Origin: Candidatus Parcubacteria bacterium
GTDB taxonomy: Bacteria; Patescibacteriota; Patescibacteriia; Patescibacteriales; UBA12075
Direction of reading: 5' to 3'
DNA: 64,000 bases
Assembly (NCBI GenBank): GCA_023132155.1
Contig: JAGLYP010000026.1
Location: 1,741 to 65,740 of the forward strand
The notes under the pieces: model-generated
Databases searched by the model: none
What the model saw: the letters and a program-made list of their open reading frames with translations, nothing else
What the model was told of the DNA's origin: nothing
Part shown: one piece after another, positions 13,701-19,768 of the stretch
Layout: each line of letters begins with the position of its first letter
How positions within the stretch are numbered: position 1 is the stretch's first letter
Program-made: the position numbers and the translations under genes

Positions 13701-15955
13701 CCGGAACTGATTTTACAATAAGCGCCAATTTAAATTCATCTTTGTCTGAATATTATGGAGCAAGCAATTGGACTTATTGGCGCGTTTATCAGGATGCGGG
13801 TAATCAAAATCTAAAAAGTGATTATTTTAATGCCGGTTTTGCCGCGCCTGTTTCGGAGAGCGCGCAAATTCATTATCGCTGGCGCAATGATGACGGTTCT
13901 GAAACCACGGGTGATTGGTTGGAAATTGAAGATACCGGCAGTCCAACCGCAAGTTCCAGTGTTGAGATCGGTGATAATATTCGTCTAAGAATAGAGATGG
14001 CGAACACGGGCGGAGGGGACGCGACAAATTATAATTATCGTTTGGAGTACGCGACCACTACGGGAAATTGTTCAACTGATCCGGGGAACTGGCTGACAGT
14101 GCCGACAGATTCAAGCGGGCATTGGCAAATGGCAACCAGCTCTTATTTTGCTGATAGCGATCCAAGTACCGCGCAGCTAAACAATACGGAATCGTATAGT
14201 TTTGTTGCCGGTGATATGGTTGAATATCCTTCAAATAGTTCGGGCAACATTTCTTTGTCTGAAGGATGGTATACAGAAATAGAATATGTAATTAAGGCCA
14301 CGATTAACGCGCAAAGCGCCGGCACTTATTGTCTTCGCGCCACAAACGCGGGTACGCCGATGGACGCTTATGATATTTTCCCGGTTATTACTCTTTCCGG
14401 AGTTACAAATACTTCACCGTTTTTTACTCTGACCGGCGAACCGATTGACAATAATTCCGCCTCTACTTCACCAACCGCTTATGGGCAAGCGATTGTATTT
14501 GACACGACCGCAAATGATGATGAAAGCGATGACTATTATTTGGCGATTTGCAAGACCGATAATATAACCGCTGGAAACGATGGACCGCCAATTTGCGGCG
14601 GCGGAGAATGGTGTATATCCGAACTTGCGTCAAGCACTGATTCGACAACTTGCAGTTATACGACCGCGACAAGCACGGAAAGTCTGGAATGGTATGGATT
14701 TGTTTGTGATAAATATCCCGGTTTTGCCGTGAGCAAATGTTCAGCGAGCTCGCAAGGAGATGATACGGCGGCAAATAATTCGCCGTTTGTAATTAATCAT
14801 CCGCCAATATTCACGAGTATTTCCACGACTGATGACAATAAAGATCCCGGAGGAATTTTTACGCTTACCGCTATCGCGTCTGACTCTGATGCGGTTGGCG
14901 GCGCAGATACTCTTCAGCTTTATGTTTGCTACACTGATGATGCTGGATTAGGAGGTTGTACCGGCGGCCCGACTGATACTGTTTGTTCAGGCGCGAGCAG
15001 TTCGCCCAATATTGAATGTGTATATACGGACACCGCTCCAAGCACATCAAGCGATATAACTTATTATGCTTTTGTGTTTGATGGGCATAATTTAGCTTCT
15101 GATGATAATTCAAATAGCAATACTTATACGATTAACAATGTCGCGTCGCAACTTGGCAATTTGGTTTTAAATAACGGCGTTGATATCGGTTTGAATATAA
15201 AACCGGCAACTACAACTGTTCAGATAGTAAGTACATCAGTAGAAGATCAAAATGGCTGCTCAACAATTCAGAGCGCTGTTGGAAGAGCATATATGTCAAA
15301 TGTTACCGGCGGCTATAATTGTACGGCTGATGATAATGATTGTTATCACGCGACAATTGGCGATTGCGTGAAAAATTGTACTAGCGATACAACGACCGAG
15401 ATTACTTGTTCGGTTGCTATGAAATATTTTGCCATCCCGACTGCTGATGATGCTGTTAACAATCCAAATGAATCGTACGATTGGCGTTCATATATGCAAG
15501 TTTATGACGGCGCCAATTATTCTTTCGCGACTTCTACCGGAGTTGAAGTTGGAACAGTTATAGCATTTGAAGTCTTAGAAGAGTTAATTGATTTTGGCAC
15601 AAGTATGTTTGCCGGAGAAAATACAGGAACTGTAAATTCTACCACAACAGTAGTTAATTGTGGAAATTCGCCGATTGATACGAGAATCAAAGGCACGGAT
15701 TTAAGCGGTTTTCCAAGCGGATCACTTGGTGTTACAAATATCAAATGGAATCTTGATAATTTTGTCTATGCGACAGAAACGCAAACCTTGACAACTTCAG
15801 AACAATTAGCGCATTTATTTGCTCCGCGCGCTACAAGCGCAATCGCCGTTGAAGATTTGGTTTTATGGGGAATAGGCATACCGCCTACCGCTGATGCCAG
15901 TACTTATACCGGTCAAAATATTTTTAAAGTGAAGTTGGATAGTGATAATTGGTAG
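1760..15955 (+). CDS. giant modular cell-surface protein (4731 aa) with N-terminal TM anchor/signal, acidic low-complexity region, six FN3-like modules and several recurring unknown module types
   Basis: Uninterrupted 14,196-nt ORF. The N-terminus has a hydrophobic segment (LFRLVFLILLLMAVFNF), followed by a D/E/S/N-rich region. Six segments follow the pattern 'APT(V/A/N)PG...(L/I)xFGA...(E/D)NF(S/K/T)EY(V/K/R)I(Y/F)Y...IW(A/V)YD..GN/H', read as fibronectin type III-like. The protein is T/S/N/D-rich overall, as expected for an extracellular protein. Confidence 0.85.
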   Translation: MQSPLLKKIRAISSNILFRLVFLILLLMAVFNFTPGRFIFVKAFNNEIKIFPGKYAVEENDAENFVWENVNNAFLQYLSPDSELSEFNQDNSAFIALRKTDKSQSNVKALPELGNSEESSGAEAMAGKDDASDNSETEDELFEVIVDENNKDETADNIEENKQEDSESQTLAPDFVSGPGDGDFEIKNMDSGQVGGNSQTIKQDSDQEKSENETENQDGDSENDRKGEDNLELSGVYEKIKSLFSYFDLFAIFNKNSANAEEKLLQQSVIFSDFSVPFEYKDREINSLNLYLSLAARSAQENDNLFFEYSLGETWEQISVLELNQEYSNSVNGGYFNFQLSEIIGWEEIEDLKIRISYNSNSPRLAMESNAEILDFFVFLDSLWIEIEYDDMDEEQEISESDYIPQYKENFNGEEAKDDDLSEYSVDLLNTKVNFKITENPELNFRYKKNKNLINKIISGLISPFSDEYNHIKISADLRDARGDKTELKPEVRYISEGEFLVKIPENIREFRPGKYFFEIEIEDKGEIYQISQNFNWGVLAINVNKAVYRPGERAYLQMGVLDDFGHTLCDADLFLEITAPSDKTDIFSTDDNTIFKNSECAGDTVISGSDYYSYYSVFDTGIYRIKLRAETENGIREIYDEFKVESVQSFELERIGPTRIFPLADYEMKIIMRANESFQGNLVEYVPGNFKITNYKLHLSSEYKQITNEDISVPDSLFLIQGDEIGKKLIWQNLDIKPGDILEFTYTFDAPDVSPEFYLLGPLKLVDEHYFNSGGKNGQLVFEEERQWQVASDAVAEYDANGGSSVGTWVTPSYAWNSVNNDYAIRDIPKKSASEEYTNYLIADSNTATDLGYTINSVEIGLEAYMEDLQADITVYVQPYFGGTASGTSYGFAQSVLGTSDEDVAHYYDVTNDANAPSPWTWSDIINLDIKLWGINNSNSRQRMFYIDQLSIMVNYTEPNDPPVGAFNSATQKRDGDGVVDISMDVGDPDNDDVKAILQYVQGSGCDFSSPQDPTLDETDGNTTASNGDPKVENDNFYQIGNSSGWIKTDTGTNTVQFDWDTITDLPSGNDTYCLRLYINDDNAASSTAATTTLTIDNVAPTVPGDLSVFATSGTSVILTFGAVSAETNFSEYVIYYKQYDGSSPIESDSSWASTSDSNLDNINYGSATSTEITDLFPATQYIFNIWVYDEYGHKASATNNVIATTSSQLVPPVTTINSVTQKTDGSGVVDISLEVDDGNDDDARVRVDYEIGTSCDFISPLDPVLDESAVNISADFGNPVIDNDIVYQVGTTTGGWIETNSGVNTVQFDWLSRGHDPDLDGDYCIQFTANDLDSGDQITPVNTTVTIDNTNPSVPGAMSVATSTATTITLNFGAESGDAHFKEYKIYYKYDYSGVTEADNAYNKSDDANLDEADFNGAATTTISNLLPETTYYFVIYAYDDYGNKVGSTEISGLTAEADSIRSRTVRFLAGTYSGSGGIGQNSDVNQTFSGFNFSLAENEVEIKNAYIIFDAQYESYANNSENYIGYNLTFDACQESCTADAFSGSGRVLKDDNTILSYDETESNQIRLLLDVTDETQLSAYTGGNVNMEAQIGYRLERGASADSISYANAVLVVTYTYNHSNSDSFTNTVFYPLESNASGDSGTRRSIQINGCTRDSNCPTFDYQVDIPEIGKQLNYWFEVNLLNYDNNQTKTDDVGVDVNIEGQDINSYTFYHENANAGGQGNMPSIYFGQFANFGFNENTAQILEVYANSVEYDYYLMGGEVAETYTASTSASTKTRTVSFPFGAVNNGNTTSQTNSAVQVYFPENGKSSGVVTIKKAWIRAHSGNYSLADVNLTISTKVGDNIQSGNFVYNYFPGQVNIAPPFKITHVIQSSDYGELALANSNTAKDVTIYTTNSSVNQGGLSAELMITYTYTDEANGYLASIDLFAGQTDENGNSQSATSATANLVFSEQVGIKTIRAAAMHSSMLLNDSDGAMPSGNFTIDVDISSTTPSCSNAYITGADGTNAYVEFYKDVKARLSAIDNLSYTVCYSNSGGGDDSAGGKMNSALVYTYQYDVQPAVLKQNDWRWYENIDAVQPTSAKADENTNISNINLADILRLRINIGATKEDLAISSKMFKLQYGQGGDCTAITGWNDVGGISDATLWRGYDNSSISDGDASGSVLLSTSNVFESYEEENSSIVNPTTIPQNNAGEWDWALYNYSATSSSDYCFRAVNGDGSLLNFYNSDSYAKLTTAATNTRPNTVFSLEQFKNIGTTTIANTAWINVDSVRLRASVTDVNINENLSLYFQLVQNIGSFTTATTEPSSACLNGTAYGACGSNIWVATSTIGDYRTDGFTATATIAVIPDLSSGYKWQVLACDDDGECSEWSQFNTGPNFRVDITAPTAPGNLILASTTASSFLIDFGASTTEDNFKEYRIFYKEGDSDVTELNNEHNDPDLGYKDYNSTADTLVESLSAGTQYVFNIWAYDFAGNSASATIEMIATTTSSFTPPTGSIFSLSQKTDGSGAIDIAIKADDGDNDNTLRAKVFYEAGSGCVFSPPLDMTIDATDENVSATYGDPDVDNTSEYQVGTTSGWILTSPGENFVFFDWLSKTEISGANGTYCIGLIVSDGIYVSSPTGTSQILIDNLAPSTPGALTLNDKNKSDITMNFGGQSSDSRFDRYRIFYSTSSLVTVDDYEHDDANLLLQDYGGAATTTISDLEEGEIYYINIWAYDDLGNRASSSQLTVTTNSKPKISSNLTQYKQDEATLITNGAWTDESEVRLLASSTDPDTSEVITLYFELLPSTGTFKTATSEPSGACVYGAAYGTCDSKIWFVASSSPGDFSVNPYMGTTSITAIPDSDTGYKWQVLACDDDGDCANEWAIFDAGTPNFKIDTVAPTNPGILSEYSKTSGSITLSFGATTTEENFTEYIVYYDISSPVNESGTVHGSTTDSNLVHINFNGVETTLVEDLLPNTQYHFVIYAYDEVGHKASSSEISIITNAVVSTPGAMFYIKNDRVLYYRVWTGSAWNAEQSGPTLGSAAGDNISHIRAERSDDGARIAILAKTWDGTNQEWWGTVYRVAADDFVNSGILGSAYASADNNQLITGCIGALSSGEFVVIRNNNGSAGTLVFSWDAGDGWTSEGAGPGSTVGEVDIMNGCRLARRTSTDNYLLITFDDTIHGGGNYGDVGTSYYYGGSSYNNSSWTVWFEHSSLEEDIDNYVGEAFFDPSDNTRGAINYSNSNSSFDAKVKKFIVSPSSPYISYGAEATSPATWSGDFVHGEFGTDPNGVGTAWFAGDDINGELNIYKIDITNSAPSWTASANGDNISGTGLYSYTSDSQKPYAIQFYKDGYGTVAWNEAISATPKYRIITASTNTIDAADTAVSGAEANIYTRARFYKDPNENEFVAIYQNDDVDYSAIFWDGTNDSFYSSGNQAWTELVTASGAVDADYEAATFAFSAGNATPNTPTNLIQYKSDASTTIANGAWTDENTVKLVASSKDADTSEVLSVYAQLIADNETFSSTTTHPINACAVGVSFTACNSKTWLVATSSGDYSANALVATATITLISDSDVGYKWQVMACDDDSACSGWAKYNLTQPNFYVDTIDPTVPGELEPISKTSTSIDLDFGATTTEDNFSEYKIFYSETMPITELSSEHDDSDLDNILFNGTSGVSVTSLTPNTLYYFNIWAYDFAGNVASSTVVSTTTNTTYNLVQTSYLLENDDALDVNSNTSETTFDNPLNNINIGERMNVRIQLENNGGDTASTKVYSLQYENQTDNPGTWINVGVATEISYSLGLSGDNGHVVSSAKAAANSNTFAFGAWHEDTYQTGSFSLINNYYTEFVFAIETGNALTSKTYRLRLYNETDNKVLDGYNSTSTFSTVATETKKYSKEELDSLLTTTADLKYYFDGEGYDDVSTDDNTNYDENGTTTANYAVINFATKHTNNTDAITVTWNGQSSASPVYATVYLQVYQYGSINSWITMASNSTAATGTDFTISANLNSSLSEYYGASNWTYWRVYQDAGNQNLKSDYFNAGFAAPVSESAQIHYRWRNDDGSETTGDWLEIEDTGSPTASSSVEIGDNIRLRIEMANTGGGDATNYNYRLEYATTTGNCSTDPGNWLTVPTDSSGHWQMATSSYFADSDPSTAQLNNTESYSFVAGDMVEYPSNSSGNISLSEGWYTEIEYVIKATINAQSAGTYCLRATNAGTPMDAYDIFPVITLSGVTNTSPFFTLTGEPIDNNSASTSPTAYGQAIVFDTTANDDESDDYYLAICKTDNITAGNDGPPICGGGEWCISELASSTDSTTCSYTTATSTESLEWYGFVCDKYPGFAVSKCSASSQGDDTAANNSPFVINHPPIFTSISTTDDNKDPGGIFTLTAIASDSDAVGGADTLQLYVCYTDDAGLGGCTGGPTDTVCSGASSSPNIECVYTDTAPSTSSDITYYAFVFDGHNLASDDNSNSNTYTINNVASQLGNLVLNNGVDIGLNIKPATTTVQIVSTSVEDQNGCSTIQSAVGRAYMSNVTGGYNCTADDNDCYHATIGDCVKNCTSDTTTEITCSVAMKYFAIPTADDAVNNPNESYDWRSYMQVYDGANYSFATSTGVEVGTVIAFEVLEELIDFGTSMFAGENTGTVNSTTTVVNCGNSPIDTRIKGTDLSGFPSGSLGVTNIKWNLDNFVYATETQTLTTSEQLAHLFAPRATSAIAVEDLVLWGIGIPPTADASTYTGQNIFKVKLDSDNW
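4640..6135 (+). repeat. intragenic tandem duplication in giant ORF: two [module A + FN3] units
   Basis: A1 at 4640-5055 ('FNSATQKRDGDGVVDISMDVGDPDNDDVKAILQY..GSGCDFSSPQDPTLDE') followed by FN3 at 5059-5385. A2 at 5390-5815 ('INSVTQKTDGSGVVDISLEVDDGNDDDARVRVDYEIGTSCDFISPLDPVLDE') followed by FN3 at 5818-6135. Confidence 0.8.
7970..8480 (+). repeat. giant ORF module C copy 1 ('DWRWYENID' type)
   Basis: 'LKQNDWRWYENIDAVQP...LRLRINIGATKEDL..KLQYGQGGDC..GWNDVG' resembles the copies at 12878 and 13871 ('IHYRWRNDDGSETT...IRLRIEMANTGGGDA..YRLEYATTTGNC..NWLTVP'). Confidence 0.6.
8495..10730 (+). repeat. giant ORF repeats: [module B + FN3][module A + FN3][module B + FN3]
   Basis: B1 at 8495-8925 and B2 at 9970-10410 share 'AW(I/T)..(D/E)(S/E)VRL.AS..D....E...LYF(Q/E)L......F.TAT.EPS.AC..G.AYG.C.S.IW.....GD......T..I..IPD...GYKWQVLACDDDG(E/D)C'. 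A3 at 9240-9665 is 'SLSQKTDGSGAIDIAIKADDGDNDNTLRAKVFYEAGSGCVFSPPLDMTIDA'. Each module is followed by an FN3-like module (8923-9240, 9664-9965, 10410-10730). Confidence 0.8.
12105..12850 (+). repeat. giant ORF third [module B + FN3] unit
   Basis: 'IQYKSDASTTIANGAWTDENTVKLVASSKDADTSEVLSVYAQL...GYKWQVMACDDDSACSGW' is followed by 'DPTVPGELEPISKTSTSIDLDFGATTTEDNFSEYKIFY...YYFNIWAYDFAGN'. Confidence 0.8.
12878..14395 (+). repeat. giant ORF module C copies 2 and 3
   Basis: Copy 2 begins 'YLLENDDALDVNSNTSE...MNVRIQLENNGGDTASTKVYSLQYENQTDNPGTWINVG' at 12878. Copy 3 begins 'IHYRWRNDDGSETTGDW' at 13871. A non-repeated segment lies between them. Confidence 0.6.
14405..15150 (+). repeat. giant ORF tandem Cys-containing module D x2
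   Basis: Both units open with 'SPF(F/V)' and contain D-rich and Cys-bracketed stretches. D1 carries 'YYLAICKTDN..PPICGGGEWC...YGFVCDKY'. D2 carries 'LQLYVCYTDD..GGCTGGPTDTVC...YYAFVFDGH'. Confidence 0.5.
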
Positions 15956-16006
15956 TATTTGGTTTTTTGTAAAATTAGTCTTTTATGTTATAATACAAAC
16001 AATAAC

Positions 16007-17758
16007 ATGCCAAAAACTTTATATATAAATATTGCAATATTTTTCGGGATAATTATCTCGGTGTTTTGTATTGGCATGCTGGCAATTACAAATTTAGGTC
16101 CATTAACTGTTGCCGCTGAAGAAGATGATGTTTTGCCGCCGCAGATTTCTAATATAAAAATCGGCAATGTTAGCGCTACATCTACGGTTATTACATGGGA
16201 AACTGATGAGCTGGCGGATTCATTAGTTAATTTTGGCTTAAATAAAAATTATGGGATTGTACGCGAGCCGCGTTTTGACAAGCTTGAACATGAAGTTATT
16301 TTAGATGAGCTTTTATCTGATTCAACTTATTATTTCCGCGTTACTTCCGCGGACGAAAAAGGCAATCAAGGAATATCCAGTGATCATTTTTTTGTTACTC
16401 CGACAGATAAACAATCTTCATTAACCGGCGGGAAAGACAAAGTTAACGCCATTGAAGAGATGATTGAAGAAGTTTTGGATTTGGTTAATCAAATTTCCAC
16501 CGGCGAGGAAATGGATAAAGTTGATGGCCGTCTGGATGATAAAGGCGGCGGCGATGAAAGATATTTTGAAGGTGCTTTGGGCGAGATTTTAGATATGTTG
16601 AAATTAATTGCCAGCGAGGAAAATATTGATTTGGAAGAAATTGAACGCGGAAAAGAGGTTGGCCGGCTTGAGGGCGGTGAAGGCAATATGGAATATGTTT
16701 CTTTAAAAGAAGTGCTTGAACTTTTAGATTCTATTTATCAGGAAGAAAGCTTGGAAATTATTGAACAAGAAGTTAAAGAAAAAGCGGAAGAAATTTTGGA
16801 GCCGCCGACTATTATTTTGGATTATGCCGATGTTGAAATTGGCATTGATTACGCGATAATTTCTTGGGCAACAGACAAAGAGTCAAATTCAATTGTCGCA
16901 CTAGCCGTTGAAGAAGATTATGACAGTGAAGCAGAGAATCCTTATGTATGGAAAGAGGGCGAACCGGACGAATTAGTGCTGGAACATTTAGTCTATATTA
17001 ATGGCTTAATTCCCGCCACAACTTATCATTTTCAAGTGCAGTCAAAATCAGCACTTGATTTAACCGGAAAAAGTATGGATAAAATTTTTAGGACTAAATC
17101 TATTGCTCCGGAAATATATAATTTGCAAATTGTTAAAATTGAAGAAGAAGCCGCGACAATTCGCTGGACTACCAATGTGCTTTGTTCTTCAATTGTGGAA
17201 TACACAAATCTTAATAATGCCGAAGCAAAACTTGAGGGAAATTCAAGTTTTATAACAGCGCATTCAATGCGTTTAACAAATTTGGTTTTTGATACTTATT
17301 ATTCGGCCGTAGTTAAGGTTGAAAGCGAAGACGGCGAAAAAGGGGAAAGTGAAATAATGACATTTATTACCACTCGCGATAAGTATCCGCCTGAAATTTC
17401 CCAAGTTAATACCGAGTCAACCATATATCCCGGATCGGACAACAAGATTCAAACGATTGTCAGCTGGCGCACTGATGAAGAAGCAATGTGCCAATTATTT
17501 TATCATCAAGGCTTGATATCAATGGACGAGCCGTCTTCATTGCCAAAAGAAGAAGATTACGCGTTTAAGCATGTTGAGGTGGTAACTAATTTTTTACCGG
17601 CCAGCGTTTATAAGTTTTGGATTGCTTGTGAAGATGAAGCTGATAACAATTCAAAGTCAGAAGATTTTACTATGTTGACACCGACCCAAGAAGAAAGTAT
17701 TATTGATATAATTATTAAGAATTTTGAAAGTTCATTCGGTTGGCTTAAGAGAAAATAG
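16007..17758 (+). CDS. membrane-anchored protein with four FN3-like domains
   Basis: The preferred start is ATG 16007 (MPKTLYINIAIFFGIIISVFCIGMLAI is a TM segment); the TTG at 15959 in the ORF track lies in a TATAAT-containing stretch. Four repeats follow the pattern 'PP.I......V....A.I.W.T.......V.Y..........H...L..L...T.Y.F.V', for example 'PPQISNIKIGNVSATSTVITWETDE...STYYFRVTSADEKGN'. An E/G-rich linker follows the first repeat. Confidence 0.75.
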   Translation: MPKTLYINIAIFFGIIISVFCIGMLAITNLGPLTVAAEEDDVLPPQISNIKIGNVSATSTVITWETDELADSLVNFGLNKNYGIVREPRFDKLEHEVILDELLSDSTYYFRVTSADEKGNQGISSDHFFVTPTDKQSSLTGGKDKVNAIEEMIEEVLDLVNQISTGEEMDKVDGRLDDKGGGDERYFEGALGEILDMLKLIASEENIDLEEIERGKEVGRLEGGEGNMEYVSLKEVLELLDSIYQEESLEIIEQEVKEKAEEILEPPTIILDYADVEIGIDYAIISWATDKESNSIVALAVEEDYDSEAENPYVWKEGEPDELVLEHLVYINGLIPATTYHFQVQSKSALDLTGKSMDKIFRTKSIAPEIYNLQIVKIEEEAATIRWTTNVLCSSIVEYTNLNNAEAKLEGNSSFITAHSMRLTNLVFDTYYSAVVKVESEDGEKGESEIMTFITTRDKYPPEISQVNTESTIYPGSDNKIQTIVSWRTDEEAMCQLFYHQGLISMDEPSSLPKEEDYAFKHVEVVTNFLPASVYKFWIACEDEADNNSKSEDFTMLTPTQEESIIDIIIKNFESSFGWLKRK

Positions 17759-17765
17759 TTTATTT

Positions 17766-17873
17766 GAGAATTAAGAATCAAGAATAAAGAATAAAGGGGA
17801 ATAAAAATTGCTTCGCAATTTAGTAGAAATAAATCTCCAATGCTTGATTCATAATTCTTTATTCTTTATTCTT
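17766..17873. repeat. heptamer array (AAGAATN x4) forming a 17-bp perfect inverted repeat with a 60-nt loop
   Basis: Left arm aagaataaagaataaag at 17780-17796 is the exact reverse complement of ctttattctttattctt at 17857-17873. The loop contains a second hairpin, AAATTGC-TTC-GCAATTT, at 17805-17821. Confidence 0.8.
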
Positions 17874-17884
17874 AACTAAAAAAT

Positions 17885-18700
17885 ATGGGAATAGGAAATT
17901 TAATGGGGTTTGGCGGTTCTAAGCCGTCTGGAGGAGGAAATCTTTTTGGTTTGGGCGGTTCAGGCAGCCAGGCGCCAAAGAAAGTAATTAGAAATATTGA
18001 CTGGAAGAACAGTAAGTTAAAAGAAAAAGCCAGAAATTTTGGTATTGTAAAAGTTAATCGTGTTGAAAAAGTTAATGGGAAAAATGTTGTGACCAGAGAG
18101 GTGATAAAAAAATCTAATATTGTGGATTTTTTGAAAAAAGGGGTTAAAAGCGGGCAGACTGTTTCAAGCTATAAGTATAATTTTGACAAAAAGCATACTA
18201 TGCTTGACCAAAAAAGCGGCGGCAAGGTAAAATATATTTTTAGCAGGGACAGCGCCTTAGATAGAAAAAAGAGCGATAAGATCAGGGATATCTATGATAA
18301 AGACGGGCCGACTAAGGATGAAATAGCCGCGGAATTTAAAAAACAAGAAAGGTTTGCGAAAAAAAACGTTTTAGAAACGCAATGGAGCAGAGAAAAAGAT
18401 GAAATGGCGGGGCAATTAAGCAATCGCAGAAAGAGAGGAGCAAAAAAATCCATAGATATGCGCAGCGGCGATAGAAAAGTTGGCGCTGAAGATATTGGCG
18501 CGAGAAGAGAGGAATACAATGTTACAGCTCTTGGTGGTAAGATATCTTCGTCAAACAGAGGAGGAGCGCGGGGTTTTGCCAATAAGATAAAAAATCCGGA
18601 AGACAAACAGGGTAATGCGGCCGGTTTAAGCGGGGATAAAGCAAAAGGCATTAACGAAGCTAATGACACGCCAATGTTTCGTCCCGGCGCTGATAAGTAA
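17885..18700 (+). CDS. basic Lys/Gly/Arg-rich low-complexity protein, unknown function
   Basis: 271-aa ORF with a Gly-rich N-terminus (GFGGSKPSGGGNLFGLGGSG). The remainder is K/R/D/E-rich. I recognise no catalytic motif. Confidence 0.4.
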   Translation: MGIGNLMGFGGSKPSGGGNLFGLGGSGSQAPKKVIRNIDWKNSKLKEKARNFGIVKVNRVEKVNGKNVVTREVIKKSNIVDFLKKGVKSGQTVSSYKYNFDKKHTMLDQKSGGKVKYIFSRDSALDRKKSDKIRDIYDKDGPTKDEIAAEFKKQERFAKKNVLETQWSREKDEMAGQLSNRRKRGAKKSIDMRSGDRKVGAEDIGARREEYNVTALGGKISSSNRGGARGFANKIKNPEDKQGNAAGLSGDKAKGINEANDTPMFRPGADK

Positions 18701-18787
18701 TTTATAGTCAAGGAATTTGAATATTCCCGACTACTGTTAGTGCCCTTTGGGCATAAAATGCCCTTCAGGGTATAACTTGTTTTAATT

Positions 18788-19768
18788 ATGTTTCCAGATA
18801 TATTTTATTTAATTATCGGTTTTATTTTTTTGATTAAAGGCGCTGATATATTAGTTGACGGCTCCTCATCAATTGCCAAACGTTTCGGTTTGTCAACTTT
18901 TTTTATCGGTTTGACCGTGGTTGCTTTTGGCACATCCATGCCCGAGCTTGTGGTTAGCGTTTTGGCAAGTATTGAGGGCAGTCCGGGAATTGCCTTGGGA
19001 AATATAATCGGCTCTAATATTTCCAACACTTTGTTAATTTTAGGCGCGTCCGCGATTGTCGCGCCTTTGGTAGTCAAAAAAACCACGGTTAACAAAGAAA
19101 TCCCATTTTCTTTATTGGCAATTTTGGCGGTAGGTTTTTTAGTTAATGATTTATTAATTGATAATTGCGCGCCCGATGGCTTAACCCGCATTGACGGCTT
19201 GGTGCTGATTTTATTTTTCGCGATTTTTATATATTACACTTTTGGCATTAGCCATGAAAAAGAGAATATTTTTAAAAAAACAGTCGGAGATTTAAAAGAC
19301 GAACCAAAAGAATATCCGGGCTGGCTGGCTGCTGTGATGATTTTTGGCGGTTTGATTTGTTTAGCCGGAGGCGGACAGTTAATTGTGAATAGCGCGACTA
19401 ACATTTCTTTTTATTTTGGCATCAGCGAGGCTCTTGTCGGCTTGACAATAGTGGCAATCGGCACATCATTGCCTGAATTGGCCGCGTCCGTAATGGCAGC
19501 GCGCAAAGGCAAAACCGATATCGCTGTCGGCAATGTTATCGGCTCAAATATATTTAATTTTGTCTGGGTTTTGGGTATTAGCTCCCTTATTAAGCCTATT
19601 TCTTATGATGCGATTTTAAATGCTGATTTTGTTGTTTTATTTTGTGTAACAATAATGTTATTATTTCTTATTTATGTCGGCAAAAAGAATATATTGGATA
19701 AGTGGGAGGGCTCGGCATTATTGTGTTTGTATGTTTTTTATATTGTTTTTATAATTATTAGAGGATGA
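18788..19768 (+). CDS. Ca2+/cation antiporter (CaCA family, YrbG-like Na+/Ca2+ exchanger)
   Basis: Polytopic membrane protein carrying the two alpha-repeat signatures 'GTSMPELVVSV...GNIIGSNISNTLLILG' and 'GTSLPELAASV...GNVIGSNIFNFVWVLG'. Confidence 0.8.
   Translation: MFPDIFYLIIGFIFLIKGADILVDGSSSIAKRFGLSTFFIGLTVVAFGTSMPELVVSVLASIEGSPGIALGNIIGSNISNTLLILGASAIVAPLVVKKTTVNKEIPFSLLAILAVGFLVNDLLIDNCAPDGLTRIDGLVLILFFAIFIYYTFGISHEKENIFKKTVGDLKDEPKEYPGWLAAVMIFGGLICLAGGGQLIVNSATNISFYFGISEALVGLTIVAIGTSLPELAASVMAARKGKTDIAVGNVIGSNIFNFVWVLGISSLIKPISYDAILNADFVVLFCVTIMLLFLIYVGKKNILDKWEGSALLCLYVFYIVFIIIRG

Noticed and set aside
15959-16006. TTG-initiated 16-codon N-terminal extension of the 4xFN3 protein in the ORF track
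   Set aside because: The stretch contains a TATAAT-like box (GTTATAAT at 15987-15994) and no hydrophobic signal. The ATG at 16007 directly precedes the TM segment.
18292-18711. 139-aa - strand ORF
   Set aside because: It is antisense to the low-complexity basic protein gene. It has no start context and is probably a shadow ORF, although the sense gene itself is only moderately supported.
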